The notes beneath the pieces were generated by a model, which saw only the letters and a program-made list of their open reading frames with translations, had not been told where the DNA came from and made no database searches. Below are positions 43,129 through 54,410 of a stretch of 64,000 nucleotides of DNA, piece after piece (the first letter of the stretch is position 1; the number at the start of each line of letters is the position of its first letter). The position numbers were made by a program, and so were the translations under genes. The stretch is from an uncultured Planctomycetota bacterium (GTDB lineage Bacteria > Planctomycetota > Planctomycetia > Isosphaerales > Isosphaeraceae), in assembly GCA_963823665.1 (NCBI GenBank), contig CAWGMQ010000004.1, forward strand, positions 2,048,001 through 2,112,000, read 5' to 3'.

Positions 43129-44389
43129 AATTCCCCATCCACCGTCCCGAAACAAAATCCCCCTCGAAGACGGTGCCCAGAACGGGGAGATTCGATTCGA
43201 GGACGAGCGCGAACGGATCTTCCTCGTCGCGCTCGGGAAGCTCGACGATCGCCAGATCGGCGGACTTGCCGATTTTCAGGCTTCCCGTGGTGGTCTCGGC
43301 GCGCAGGGCCCAGGCGCCGAACAGGGTGGCCATGGTCAATAACAGCTCGCCCGAAAGCGATTCGTCACGGCGGTGCAGGAAGCGAAGCTCGTCGAGAACG
43401 CTCAGGCTGGGTGCCGACGCGAGGCTGTCGGTGCCCAGACAAACGATCACGCCTCGTTCCAGCAGAGCGCGGTAAGGATGGGGTGCATGGCCGAACCTCG
43501 CGTGGGTTCTGGGACAAAACGCCACGGCAACGCGGCGGCCATCCGGCGCCGCCTCGGGGCGAAGCTGCCAGAAATCGTCGGGCTCGAGATAGGTGCCATG
43601 TGCGATCAGCCAGTCGGCATTTCGCAGCTCACCCCGGCGCACATAGTCGGCAGGGCGGGGGCCGATCGGTTCCCAATCGTTGTCCCAGGCACCGAGTTCT
43701 TCCAGAAAGCTCCGCAGGGGCCCATCGCGGTGCTTGAGCAGGCGCAGCTCCTCGGGCATCTCGGCCAGGTGTGTCGAGAGCGGAGTCCGGCTGGCGACTG
43801 CCTTGTAATAAAGCCAGCCCGAGGTGCTATAGGGCGCATGCGGGCTCAAACCCGGCCTGGCGCAGGCCGCAACTTGCATTTCCGGACGGACCGAAGCCAG
43901 CCAGCGCCACGCAGATTCACAAGTCTCGAGCCCGCGCTGGCGCTTGAGCCCGATCAATTCGGCGAACACGAGTGCACGTAGCGGTGCCTCGGCGATGGAC
44001 CCCCAGCTCAGACCGGCCGTGGTCGTATCGGCAAGGAAGGTTGTGCCGGCTGCGATCGAGGCCTGGACGTTGCGATCAACGGTCTCTTTCTGAGACTGCT
44101 CGGTCCGCGCCCGGCGCTGGTCGATCACACGCCGCAGCCAGGGAATCTCGCTTTCATCGCGCTCCGCTGCTCGCGAGTTCTCGAGCGGATCAAGCTCGAG
44201 GTGGGTGTGTGCGTTCACCAAGCCGGGGATGATCGCGACGTTGCCCAGATCCAGATCGCCCGGCCGTTCTTGCGAGGGCCCAACCCAGGCGATTCGGCCG
44301 CGCTCGATCGTTAACGATCCGTGCTCGATCGGCGCACCCTCGACCGGAAGGACATAACGCGCCTGGAGCGTCAGCGTGCCACGTCTCAC
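43127..44389 (-). CDS. Amidohydrolase, probable aminodeoxyfutalosine deaminase
   Basis: PGLVNAHTHLE, SPHAPYS, THLAE and LGTDSLAS; same-strand cluster with mqnA and mqnC. Confidence 0.8.
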   Translation of the reverse strand: MRRGTLTLQARYVLPVEGAPIEHGSLTIERGRIAWVGPSQERPGDLDLGNVAIIPGLVNAHTHLELDPLENSRAAERDESEIPWLRRVIDQRRARTEQSQKETVDRNVQASIAAGTTFLADTTTAGLSWGSIAEAPLRALVFAELIGLKRQRGLETCESAWRWLASVRPEMQVAACARPGLSPHAPYSTSGWLYYKAVASRTPLSTHLAEMPEELRLLKHRDGPLRSFLEELGAWDNDWEPIGPRPADYVRRGELRNADWLIAHGTYLEPDDFWQLRPEAAPDGRRVAVAFCPRTHARFGHAPHPYRALLERGVIVCLGTDSLASAPSLSVLDELRFLHRRDESLSGELLLTMATLFGAWALRAETTTGSLKIGKSADLAIVELPERDEEDPFALVLESNLPVLGTVFEGDFVSGRWMGN

Positions 44390-44455
44390 CGGGAGATCTC
44401 CCTGGAAAAGGCGGATCCAACGAGCAGAGACGCTTGATCCAGGCCGAACCCCACG

Positions 44456-46663
44456 TCACAAGGGATGCAGCCCGGTCTGGCAAGCCGGCTCGACAGGTTG
44501 AGTGCCGTTCGAGTGCGCCTGGGCGGAACGATCGAACTTCAGCCTCCACAGGTAGAACAGCAGAACCGCCGAGACGATAGCGCTGCCCGCCGTCCAAGCC
44601 ACATGATAAAGCCCTTCATCCGGATTGCGATAGATCCAAGGGATGATCGGCCGTGACCAGGCGGCCTTCGCCATGAAGCCCTGCGAGACAGCAATCGCGT
44701 TGTTCAGGAAGTGAAAAATGAGTCCCGGCACGATGCTGCGGCTGCGCACCGCGAGCAGCCCGAGCACGATTCCCAGGAGCGTTGCGTTGAAGAGCTGCTG
44801 GAAGAGCGAGAGCAACACGTGGAGGAACCCGAACATCAAAGCCGACAGCAAGATCGCCGAGCGGGTGCGGTGCTGGTCCTGAAGCCCTGAAAGGATAAAG
44901 CCACGAAACGCAAATTCTTCGCAAATGGCCGGAAGCAGAGCGAAGACACCGATCGTGACCGTCAGGCCGGGCATCTGTACCATCACCTTGGCGAGAGCGT
45001 CCTTGACCGCAGATGAGATCGGAAACAACCATCCAACCAGCGGCCTGAGCTCGTTGACCACTGGGTTCAGTGCCAGAACAAGCGCAACGGCCAGCACGAT
45101 GTATCGCCGGTCAGGCCAGGCGAGCCGCAGCGTGCGCCCGGGCTGTGAGCTGAGCAGGATCGCCATCATCAAGGGCGGGATCAAGATCACGAGCTGGCCG
45201 GCCACCACGGCGGACACGCCCATGCTCAGTCCCTGAACGGCCAGATACTGAATCAGGAACCATGACGATGTGATGATCAGACAAAAGCAGAGAATCGCCT
45301 GGCCGCCCGTGGGCGCTGGCTGGCGGTCACGAAAGAGATGACGGAACCAGGAATAGAGATTGAATCGCTCGGCTTCCCGGAACAGCACTTCCTCGCGCTG
45401 GAACTGGTCGACCGCCCAACGCAGCGCGATCGCGGCATAGACGAGCGTCGGCATCATCACAGGAACAAAGTATCGCAGAGCGACATTGTAGTTATGCATG
45501 ATGAGCGCGCGCAAGAGCAAGGCGACCCCTGTGATCGGTACCAGGCTCTTGAACAGGTCGAGCTCGATCCCCGGCGCGAGTGTCAGGAAGATCAAAGGCA
45601 GGCAGACCAGATACAGCGGCGTCATGTAGTACTGGCCTTCTTTCATGCTTCGCGCCAGCACGGCCAGCGACAAGCAAATCGCGCTGAAAAACGCTGCCAG
45701 GGGAATCAGAAGCAAGATGATCCAGAAGGCGACCTCGAGACTCGGGGGGGTGATGATCATCGCCCGGCGCCCGGGTACGCCCGCGAGACTGCCGGCATAA
45801 CGCGCAAGCCATATGCCGGTAAGTCCCATGCTCACCAGATTCAAGAGCGCGGTAGTCACGCTCGCGAGCATCACTGTCAGGAACTTCCCGAGCACCAGCT
45901 CGGTCCGACTTGCGGGGCTGATCAGCAGGGTTTCCATGGTTCCCCGCTCCTTCTCGCCGGCGCACAGGTCGATCGCCGGATAGAACGCCCCGGTGAGCGC
46001 CATCATGACCAGCAGAAAAGGGAAAAGCTTGCTCCAGACGCTATCTCCCACCTCGCTGGCAGTTGCCACGTCCTCGGCCTTGACCTGAATCGGCTCAGTA
46101 TAGCTCTCGGTCTTCTGGTCGCGCTTGAGCCGGCCCGAGACGATGCTCTTGCGCCAGCGCGACAGCACCTCCTTGAGCCGCAGATAGGTGATCTGGCTGG
46201 GCTCGTCGACACTGTTGTACTTGATGGGAAGATCAATCTCTTTCTCGCGCACGAGCTGCTGGGGCAGATCTTGCGGAACGACCATCACCGCCGAGGCTTC
46301 TCCCGATCGAATTGCCAGCTCGCAACGGCGAGGATCGGCCCAGGGACCGCTTGCACTCTCGCGCAACACGAGTAACTTTTCGGCCTCGCCGGGTGAATCG
46401 AAGAAGGCCGGGTTGAAGGCGTCACCGCCTGGATTCAAGAGCGGCGGCGAGTTCGCGAGGAACTCGGCGCCCACGACCACCACGACCCGCGCCTTCTGGT
46501 CGAGCGCCTCGGCAACCTTGAGCAGACCGATTCCCAGCATGGGATAAAGCAGAATCGGCAGCACGAAGATCATGAAAAGCGTGCGCCGATCGCGGATCTG
46601 GTCGCGCACTTCGTGGCGGAAAATCACCAGCAAGTTCGACCAGTTCAGGGATGGTCTTGTCAT
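44456..46663 (-). CDS. NatB-like ABC-2 permease fused to a CPBP (Abi) intramembrane protease
   Basis: RDRRTLF and AGEKERGTMETLL; C-terminal CEEFAFRG, FGFLH and HFLNN. Confidence 0.88.
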   Translation of the reverse strand: MTRPSLNWSNLLVIFRHEVRDQIRDRRTLFMIFVLPILLYPMLGIGLLKVAEALDQKARVVVVVGAEFLANSPPLLNPGGDAFNPAFFDSPGEAEKLLVLRESASGPWADPRRCELAIRSGEASAVMVVPQDLPQQLVREKEIDLPIKYNSVDEPSQITYLRLKEVLSRWRKSIVSGRLKRDQKTESYTEPIQVKAEDVATASEVGDSVWSKLFPFLLVMMALTGAFYPAIDLCAGEKERGTMETLLISPASRTELVLGKFLTVMLASVTTALLNLVSMGLTGIWLARYAGSLAGVPGRRAMIITPPSLEVAFWIILLLIPLAAFFSAICLSLAVLARSMKEGQYYMTPLYLVCLPLIFLTLAPGIELDLFKSLVPITGVALLLRALIMHNYNVALRYFVPVMMPTLVYAAIALRWAVDQFQREEVLFREAERFNLYSWFRHLFRDRQPAPTGGQAILCFCLIITSSWFLIQYLAVQGLSMGVSAVVAGQLVILIPPLMMAILLSSQPGRTLRLAWPDRRYIVLAVALVLALNPVVNELRPLVGWLFPISSAVKDALAKVMVQMPGLTVTIGVFALLPAICEEFAFRGFILSGLQDQHRTRSAILLSALMFGFLHVLLSLFQQLFNATLLGIVLGLLAVRSRSIVPGLIFHFLNNAIAVSQGFMAKAAWSRPIIPWIYRNPDEGLYHVAWTAGSAIVSAVLLFYLWRLKFDRSAQAHSNGTQPVEPACQTGLHPL

Positions 46664-46674
46664 GATCTCACGAA

Positions 46675-47479
46675 TCAATCGCGATTGTGGTTGTAGCCTC
46701 GGGCGCCTGAATGACCTTCAAGCCCGGTCAAGGCACTTTCCTTGTCGGCGCGGTCGACCAGAAAGAAGAATAGCTCCTCGAGATCAGGCTGCTCAAACTC
46801 ATCGAGCAGCCTGTGCGGAGTGCCTTCGGCCTGCAGCCGGCCCTTGTAGATGATTGCCACCTGCGAGCAGAGCTTTTCCACTTCATGCATCGAATGCGTC
46901 GAGAAGACGATGGTCTTGCCGCGCTCTCTCGAGCTCGATGATATTCTCGAGGACGGCACGGGCGACCAGCACGTCGAGGCCTGAAGTCGGCTCGTCGAAA
47001 ATCAAGACGGGTGGGTCGTGAACGATGGTCCGCGCGATCGAGACTTTCTGCTTCATGCCGGTGGACATCTTTGAGCCCAGAATGTCACGGAAATCGTTCA
47101 TCTTGAGCCAGTCAAAAATCGCCTCCATCCGCGTGCGCAGCGCTTCGCTGGGCAGACCGTAGAGCTGTCCGAAGTATTCCACCAGCTCCCATGCGGTCAT
47201 CCGGTCATAAATCCCGGTGCTGGCCGACATGTAACCGATGCTCTGCCGCACTTTTTCAGGATTGGCCACAACGTCGTAACCGGCGACAACCGCACGGCCC
47301 CCGGTCGGCTTCAATACCGTGCTCAGGATGCGCAGGGTCGTGGTCTTGCCGGCGCCGTTTGGGCCAAGCAGGCCGAAGATCTCGCCGGGCCGGCATTCGA
47401 ATGACACATCCGTGACAGCGGAAATCCACCCCCGCTGATAGTCGAGAAAGCGTTTGCAGAGGCCGTCGACATGAATCAC
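46675..47479 (-). CDS. NatA-like ABC transporter ATP-binding protein, frameshift near 46915
   Basis: [28 protein letters not shown] and STH. Confidence 0.9.
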
Positions 47480-48549
47480 GAATCGATCAACTCATAGAAT
47501 ACGTTCCGCTGGCGAGGAATGTAGCCCGCTTCCCGAATCGCGCTTTTGATTTCCTCGAGCGACAGATGGTAGACCGTGCCCGCCGAGGAAACGACGTTTT
47601 CCTCGATCATCAGGCTGCCCATGTCGTTCGCACCGAAATAAAGCGCTACCTGGCCGATCTTGGGCCCTTGCGTCACCCACGAGGACTGGATGTTCGCGAT
47701 GTTGTCGAGGTACAGCCGGGAGATCGCCTGATTCTTCAAGTACTCGAATGAACCGGCGGGCGGGATCTCGGCCATGTCGGTATGGTCAGGCTGAAACGTC
47801 CACGAGATAAAAGCCGTGAAGCCGCCGGTCTCGTCCTGAAGCTGCCGCACGCGCTCGAAATGCTCGACTCGCTCTTCGATCGTCTCGATGTGTCCGAACA
47901 TCATCGTCGCGGTCGAGCGGCCTCCCAGTTCGTGCCAGACGCGGTGTATATTCAGCCAGTCGTCTGTCATCACCTTGCCGCGGGTCATCGCCGCGCGCAC
48001 TCTGTCGACCAGGATCTCGGCGCCGCCTCCCGGAAGACTTCCCAGCCCCGCTGTCTTGAGACGCTCGAGCACCTCCTTGAGCGGCCGCTTTGATACTTTT
48101 GTGAAGTGGTGGATCTCGGGCGCGCTGAAACCGTGAACATTCACTCCGGGGAAGTGGCTCTTGATGTCCGCGAGCAGCTCCTCATACCACTCGAGCTTCA
48201 GATGCGGATGCAGGCCTCCTTGCATCAGGATCTGGTCGCCGCCCTGCGCAACGGTCTCGCGAATCTTCTCGAGAAGGACGTCGCGGTCGAGCACGTACGC
48301 ATCGGTGTCGTCGACTTTCCGGTAGAATGCGCAGAAATCGCAGACGGCCGTGCAGACGTTGGTGTAATTGATGTTGCGGTCGATATTGTAAGTTCGATAC
48401 GGCTCGCTATGAAGCCGCCGGCAGACGAGATCGGCCGTGCGCCCCAGCTCGAGCAGGGGGGCTGAGCGGAATAACTCGACTCCCTCTTCAACGCTCAGGC
48501 GATCGCCGTCAACGGCGCGGTGCAAGATCGCGGCCGCAGTGGAAGACAA
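47476..48549 (-). CDS. mqnC: Cyclic dehypoxanthine futalosine synthase (radical SAM)
   Basis: [37 protein letters not shown] and EENVV. Confidence 0.92.
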   Translation of the reverse strand: MSSTAAAILHRAVDGDRLSVEEGVELFRSAPLLELGRTADLVCRRLHSEPYRTYNIDRNINYTNVCTAVCDFCAFYRKVDDTDAYVLDRDVLLEKIRETVAQGGDQILMQGGLHPHLKLEWYEELLADIKSHFPGVNVHGFSAPEIHHFTKVSKRPLKEVLERLKTAGLGSLPGGGAEILVDRVRAAMTRGKVMTDDWLNIHRVWHELGGRSTATMMFGHIETIEERVEHFERVRQLQDETGGFTAFISWTFQPDHTDMAEIPPAGSFEYLKNQAISRLYLDNIANIQSSWVTQGPKIGQVALYFGANDMGSLMIEENVVSSAGTVYHLSLEEIKSAIREAGYIPRQRNVFYELIDS

Positions 48550-49339
48550 GATTCACTCCTTCCGGCGCCAGCCCCATCCGGGCGGCCATCGCCGCAAATC
48601 GTCTCAGTCCAGCGAGCTCGGGCTCCCCGAGATCATACGACAGAACACGCGTCAAATAATCGTAGCACGCGTTCGCATCAAGTCCCAGTCGTTGGCCGTG
48701 GATCCGCGCCAGCACGCCTGCCTCCTGGAGCCCCATGGCACGACTCAGCAGGAGCGCTGCCGGTAGTTCATCCAGTTCAACCCCCGCGCGCGCCACCCAG
48801 AATGCAAACACGAAGGGCAGGGCGGTGAGCGCGTTCCACGCCTCGGCCAGGTCCACTACGTCGAGGAACGGCTCATGAGGCACCCGCATGGCCCGATCGC
48901 CGATCACCAGCACCGCGTCGGCCGTGCTTTCGAGTGCCGAGACCCCGAGCGGCAACTCCTCGACCCGGCTCGGCCGCACCCCGTGCCTCTCGTCGAGCCA
49001 GATCCGGGCCAGTACCTGGCTCGTCCTCGAGCCAGCATCCAGCGCCAACCGCTCGACCCGGCCCCACGGCACCCGGCTGAATAACTTCACGCTACGAACC
49101 GGCCCCCGCGCCGCAATCGCAATCCCAGGGATGATCTCATAGCCGCGCGCCGCCCCGCGCAAGTACTCGACCGAGGGAATCAGCGCCACCTCCAGCTCGC
49201 CCGCAGCAAGCTGCTCCGCCAGGCGGCTTGGCACCTCCATCGTGAGCCGAACGTCCGGCGCAAGATCGCATAGCTTATGATACAGAGGCTTGGCGTTAAG
49301 GTAGTTAACGGCTCCAACCCGGATCGGCGAGACCATCAC
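48509..49339 (-). CDS. mqnA: Chorismate dehydratase
   Basis: RVGAVNYLNAKPL, VRSVKLFS, SRTS, LVIGDRA, DLAEAW and LPFVFA. Confidence 0.92.
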   Translation of the reverse strand: MMVSPIRVGAVNYLNAKPLYHKLCDLAPDVRLTMEVPSRLAEQLAAGELEVALIPSVEYLRGAARGYEIIPGIAIAARGPVRSVKLFSRVPWGRVERLALDAGSRTSQVLARIWLDERHGVRPSRVEELPLGVSALESTADAVLVIGDRAMRVPHEPFLDVVDLAEAWNALTALPFVFAFWVARAGVELDELPAALLLSRAMGLQEAGVLARIHGQRLGLDANACYDYLTRVLSYDLGEPELAGLRRFAAMAARMGLAPEGVNLVFHCGRDLAPRR

Positions 49340-49524
49340 GTCATGCCCTCCCGGTCGCGAAGCGTCCCGTCGGCTGCCAGCCGATGTCGGCCCCGTCCAC
49401 TCGGTGCTCCAGGACGAACTTTCAAATCTATTTGAAATTCTAGAAAGGAGAGCGCAGATCGCAAGTGCAGATGGACGGCTTTTGTGGGCGGATGTCGAGC
49501 CGAGCTTGCCCCCGCCCGAGTGTG

Positions 49525-51361
49525 TTACATTTCGGTTTTCAGCACATCGTCAACGTACGCATCGAGATCGGCTGTCATCTGATCGATTCGACGGGCGGTT
49601 TCTGCCTTGGCGGTCTGCCAGATGGCCGGGACCGGCCACGTCCGTCCGCGCGAACAGGTAAAACTTGATCTTAGGCTCGGTGCCTGAGGGGCGGGCGGCG
49701 ATTCGGGTGCCTGGCGTGCTCGGTATGAAAGATGAGTAGGTCGCCCGCGGGCTGGGGCAGGGGACGGGGAGGCACATTGTCTTCGAGCGTGCGAATCTCG
49801 TGGGTTTTGTAGTCGTAGACCTCGGTGACTGTGAGGCCACCTAGCTTCTGCGGTGGACGGCTTCGGAATGCCGCCATCAGTTGGTTGATTTTGGCCAGGC
49901 CTTCGCGCCCTTCCAGGAATTTGTTGATGAGCTTCTCGCCGTAGTGACCGACGTCGATGAACAGGTCATCGAGGTATTCGAGGACGGTCTGCTTGCGGTC
50001 CTTGACGGTGGCCGCCAGCTCCGCAAAGAGCAGAGCGGCCACGGCCGCGTCTTTGTCGCGTGCGTGAGTCCCTTTCAGATACCCGTGCGATTCTTCAAAG
50101 GCGAACAGGAAGCCATGGGGCCCGGCTTCGTCGATCCGTTTCCCGATCCATTTGAAGCCGACGAGCAAGTCGTCTTCGACGCGAATGCCCTCGCGACGAG
50201 CGAGGGCCCGTGTCATTTCCGTCGACACCAGCGTGGTGATCAAGTAGTGGTCGGGTCTCAGCTTTCCTCGCACCTGGCATTCCTTCATGACGAATGCGGC
50301 GAGCACGACGCCGATCTGATTGCCGTCGAGTGTGGTCCACTCACCGTATGGGTCGCGCGTGACGGGCACGCCAACGCCGATGCGGTCGGCATCCGGGTCG
50401 CTTGCCACGACGAGGTCGGCCCCGGTCTTCCTGGCTTCGGCGATCGCGGCCTCAAGAGTACGGGGATACTCGGGGTTCGCCACGTGGTCGGGAACATTGG
50501 GGAAATCGCCGTCGGGCATTCGCTGCGACGCGAGGATCGAAACCCGCGAAAACCCGGCCATCTGGAGCACGCGGGCAACCGATGTCTCGCCAACGCCGTG
50601 CAGGGGAGTATAGACGATCGAAAGGCCACGGGCATGGCTCACCGACTCGGAGAGCACAGCGGTGAGGTACGCGGTTTCAAGCTCATCGAGAAGTTCCACA
50701 AGCAATCCGCTTGAGCGTGCCTGCTCGAGATCCATCTCCGGAATTTCGCGGTCGGAGGCCGCTTTGACGCATTCAATGATACCCACATCATCGGGCGGGA
50801 CAACTTGCCCACCCGAACGGCCGTAACATTTGAATCCGTTGTCGGACGGCGGGTTATGTGATGCGGTGATCATGATTCCCGCGTCGCAGCCGAGATGAAG
50901 CACAGCACACGAGAGGAGCGGCGTGGAGCGCGGCTCCTTGACGAGATAGACCTTGAATCCCACGGCGGCAAGCACCCGCGCACAGAGCGCCGCGAACTCG
51001 GCCGATTGATGACGCGTGTCGTGGGCGATCACACAGGATCGCGGTGATCCGGCGTCTTTGCGCGAGCTCACATAGTCGGCCAGGCCGCGTGCGCTTTCCG
51101 CCATCGTCCGTTCGTTCAGCACGTTGGTCCCGACGGGATACATCTTGCCGCGGCGACCGCCCGTGCCGAATTCGAGCACGGTGTAGAACGCTTCGTCGAG
51201 CTCCTTCCAGCACGCTCGCTCGATGTCTTCGAGCAGCGCAGCCTCGATACTTCACGAACGGAGGCTCCTCAAGCCACTTCTTGATGTTTGCCGCGGCGGA
51301 CCCGGAAACCTGGCCGCTCGATCTCGGCATCCTTCAGTCGTGCAAGCGCATCGGAAGACAT
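49525..51361 (-). CDS. Phospho-sugar mutase (PGM/PMM), several frameshifts
   Basis: LEFGTGGRRG, ITASHNP, DPDADR, FEESHG and RPSGTEPKIKFY; termini reconstructed by hand across frames. Confidence 0.9.
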
Positions 51362-51759
51362 GATCATTGCGCAGTGATTTCCATCGGCTTGATCCTGTAC
51401 CTCAATTCCGCTCTCAGGCTATCGCGATTGCCGTGCCGTCAACAAGACGGCGGAGCAGCGCTTCGTCCGGAAATGGGCCTGGGGCAAGACGGGGCATGGC
51501 CGGGATGAAGCGTGTTTGTCGGTCGGCGCAACCTCTGACTTTAGAAAAACTTTCGTTGAATGGAGCCATCACCGGTTCCTTGTAAGAAGCTCCCTTTTGT
51601 AAGGTTGATCAAGCGGGGTCTGCCCGCAAAGTTTGACATCGCTTCGAGGATCGACAAAGGGCAGGGGAGCGAGCTTGATGCAAGAGAGTCTTTTTAGTTG
51701 GCGCTTGGCAACGACTTACGGCGTGGCTTGCCAGCCTGGAACTGTGGGCGGCAGGTTTC

Positions 51760-51775
51760 CGGCACGTGACTTGCT
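51760..51775 (+). promoter_or_regulatory. Putative sigma-54 promoter
   Basis: CGGCACGTGACTTGCT, a near-consensus -24/-12 element about 140 nt upstream of the CAP gene. Confidence 0.7.
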
Positions 51776-51916
51776 CTTAGTGGGCCGTCGCTGTGCAAGC
51801 GACAAATCCTTCCCGAGAAATTTTCCTAAAGTCTCCACGGCTCACTCCGGATTCGCTCATAGCGGCCGGGTCACGGCAAGGACCGGCCGGAAAACGACAA
51901 CGACACGGAGGTCCCG

Positions 51917-53067
51917 ATGGCTCGATTCAAATTCCGCCGCTCGCTGCGATTTGACAACCTGGAAGGCCGGCAGATGCTTTCGAGCGCCGCGGGAGGCGGG
52001 CCCTCCGCCGACCAGCAATACTTGCTCCAGTTGATCAACGAAGCCCGGACCAATCCCGCTGCCGCCGCCGCGCAGATCTCGAACGAGATCACGCCCCAGG
52101 TCGCGGCCACGCTTCAATACTACAACGTCAATCTCCAGACGGCGCTGCAACACAATTTCCTCGGCCACGCCGCAGCCCCCGCTCGCGTGGAACGCCGATC
52201 TGGCGAGCGCCGCCCAGGGCCAAAGCCAGTATATGGCCGACAATCAGATCCAGACTCACACGGGTGCAGGCGGCTCGTCTCCCCAGCAGAGAATGACCGC
52301 AGCCGGTTACTCGAACATCACTTCAAGTGCTGAAGATGCCTATGCTTATGCGAGTTCGCCCACCCAGGCCATGGAGGCGTTCTTGATCGACTGGGGCGTT
52401 CCCAGCGACGGTCACCGAATCAACATTCAGCAGCCCGGTGTGGCTCCTGGGAACGCGTTCACCGACGCCGGAGTCGGGATCGTTCAGACGGATCCCAGCA
52501 ACCCATCGTTCGGGCCGGAAGTCATTACCGAAGATTTCGCCCGCAGCTCGACTTCCTCGCCGCAACTCGTCGGTGTGGCCTACTACGACAATAGCGGTAC
52601 CAACTTCTATCAGCAGGGTGAGGGCGCAGGGTGGTGTGCAGATCGACGCGGTGAATCTCCAGACCGGGCAGGTGTTTTCCACCCAAACGTGGGCTTCCGG
52701 CGGCTATGAGCTGCCGCTTGCTGCAGGCCAGTACCGCATCATCGCGAGTGTGAACAACACGGTCTTCCAGGCGACGAATGTCACGATCAGCAATGTCAAC
52801 GTCGAACAGGACTTCGTGCTCACCAACTCGTGGCAGGGTGGATCAACCTCAAGCGCGATTGCCGCAGCCCAGCCAGCACCGGTGGCAATGACACCGGTGG
52901 TGACGGCACCGGTGGTGACGGCACCGGCACCGCAGCCGGTCGCTTCGCAGCCCACTCCTGAGGTGTGGGTCGTCCCGCTGCCGAACTACCAGCCGACCAA
53001 CGCCCAGCAAAGCGTGCTTTCCCTCTTGGCCTCGAGCTGGTCAACCTGGAATGCGGGCTTCAATTGA
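51917..53067 (+). CDS. Secreted CAP/SCP-domain protein with planctomycete export motif, frameshifts near 52150 and 52628
   Basis: RRSLRFDNLEGRQMLS, LINEARTNP, IDWGVPSDGHRINI, GVGI and TEDF; Pro/Thr-rich tail. Confidence 0.8.
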
Positions 53068-53111
53068 TCTGAGCTGACGCCGCCCGAATCAATCTCGAAC
53101 TCGTCCCTGAG

Positions 53112-53161
53112 CCACCCCGCAGGTTCCTGCAAGATGGAAACCGCGGGGTGGTTTCGTTTTT
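53112..53161 (+). terminator. Intrinsic terminator between convergent genes
   Basis: CCACCCCGC...GCGGGGTGG stem followed by TTTCGTTTTT. Confidence 0.7.
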
Positions 53162-53207
53162 CGCCTGAACTTGAATTGAGCATGCACTCATGCATCTTGG
53201 TTAGTTT

Positions 53208-53642
53208 TTACGGTGCATTCTTCGATCGCTCGCCGGAGACCGTGACGGTGATGCGCCTGCGGTGCGGGCTGGTGCGGTGTTCCCAGAGAAAGACGCCTTG
53301 CCAGGTTCCGAGATCGCAATGGCTCTGGTCGACGGGGATGGTCAGCGACGTGAGCGTGAGGATCGACCGGATATGCGCCGGCATATCGTCGGGGCCTTCG
53401 CTGTCGTGCCGGTATGAGGGATCGCCGTCGGGCACCAGTTTCGCGGCGAAGTGTTCCAGGTCGCGGCGGACGGTTGGATCGGCGTTCTCACAGACAATGA
53501 GGGACGCGCTGGTGTGATGGACGAACAGATGGCAGAGCCCGAGCTCGATCTTCGAGCGCTCGACGATCTGGTGGATCTGCCGCGTGAGCTCGTACGTTCC
53601 GCGGCCGCGGGTTTCGATCGCAAGCTGTTCTCGATGGATCAT
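53208..53642 (-). CDS. yjbQ: YjbQ/UPF0047 family protein
   Basis: HTSASL..ENADPTV, HDSEGPDDMPAHIR and LGTWQGVFLWEHR. Confidence 0.92.
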   Translation of the reverse strand: MIHREQLAIETRGRGTYELTRQIHQIVERSKIELGLCHLFVHHTSASLIVCENADPTVRRDLEHFAAKLVPDGDPSYRHDSEGPDDMPAHIRSILTLTSLTIPVDQSHCDLGTWQGVFLWEHRTSPHRRRITVTVSGERSKNAP

Positions 53643-53802
53643 CGCGTTCGTCGTTTCTCGCCAATCCGAGCCGATCTGAGCCGAGCGGAAGACCGCCCGA
53701 ACCTCTTCCCGGCAATACTAGCCCCAACCGAACATAAGGCTCATTATCAGACGTTGGCGTAAAATGCGAAAGCGGGTGCCCTGTGGTGCTTGGCAGCCGA
53801 AC

Positions 53803-54288
53803 TCAAGATCCCGGCTGATGCACGCAGACCAAGGCCGCGATCACGCCGGCGGCGATCACGTGAAACAGGACGATCAGCGTTCCCACGCCGTAGATCGTTT
53901 GCATGCCTTCGTCGGGCCGTTTCCGGGTGCGAAGAATCTGCATCGCGATCACCGAGCAGATCCAGTTCCAGTGCATCATCACGTGTAGCACGACTCCCAG
54001 CGCGAGCGAGCACAGAATCACGAACTGCACATCGCGCCACTGGTCGTAGCTCAAACCCCACAGAATCCATCCATCCGCTGCGGTCGGCGCGGGAAATACG
54101 ATCTGCAGCGTCGCCGATATCCAGCCCAGCGTGCACAGCATGATCAGTAACGAGGCATCGAGCCAGAAATTGATGACGGAGACGGACAGCCGGCGGCGGG
54201 GCTTTCCCTCCTTCGCGGCATCAATGCTCTCACCCGCTTGCAGGGAAGACGCGGCACCCAGATCAGAATCGCTCGCTGTGGATTTCAT
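53803..54288 (-). CDS. DUF4405-like membrane protein
   Basis: NFWLD, LWGLSYDQW and LHVMMHWNW; divergent from the oxidase cluster. Confidence 0.7.
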   Translation of the reverse strand: MKSTASDSDLGAASSLQAGESIDAAKEGKPRRRLSVSVINFWLDASLLIMLCTLGWISATLQIVFPAPTAADGWILWGLSYDQWRDVQFVILCSLALGVVLHVMMHWNWICSVIAMQILRTRKRPDEGMQTIYGVGTLIVLFHVIAAGVIAALVCVHQPGS

Positions 54289-54410
54289 GAGCTATCTCGA
54301 TGGACCCTTGCATTTGACGAGATGTCTCGATAACTTTCCAGCTTATCCGGTCTCGAAAGCATCGCCGCACTAATTTCCCCAACAATAATTTGTGTTCCTT
54401 TGTACACAGG

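Noticed and set aside
54290..54410. FNR box in front of the cbb3 cluster
   Set aside because: No TTGAT-N4-ATCAA match; only a weak CGAGATGTCTCG palindrome, which is too little to call.
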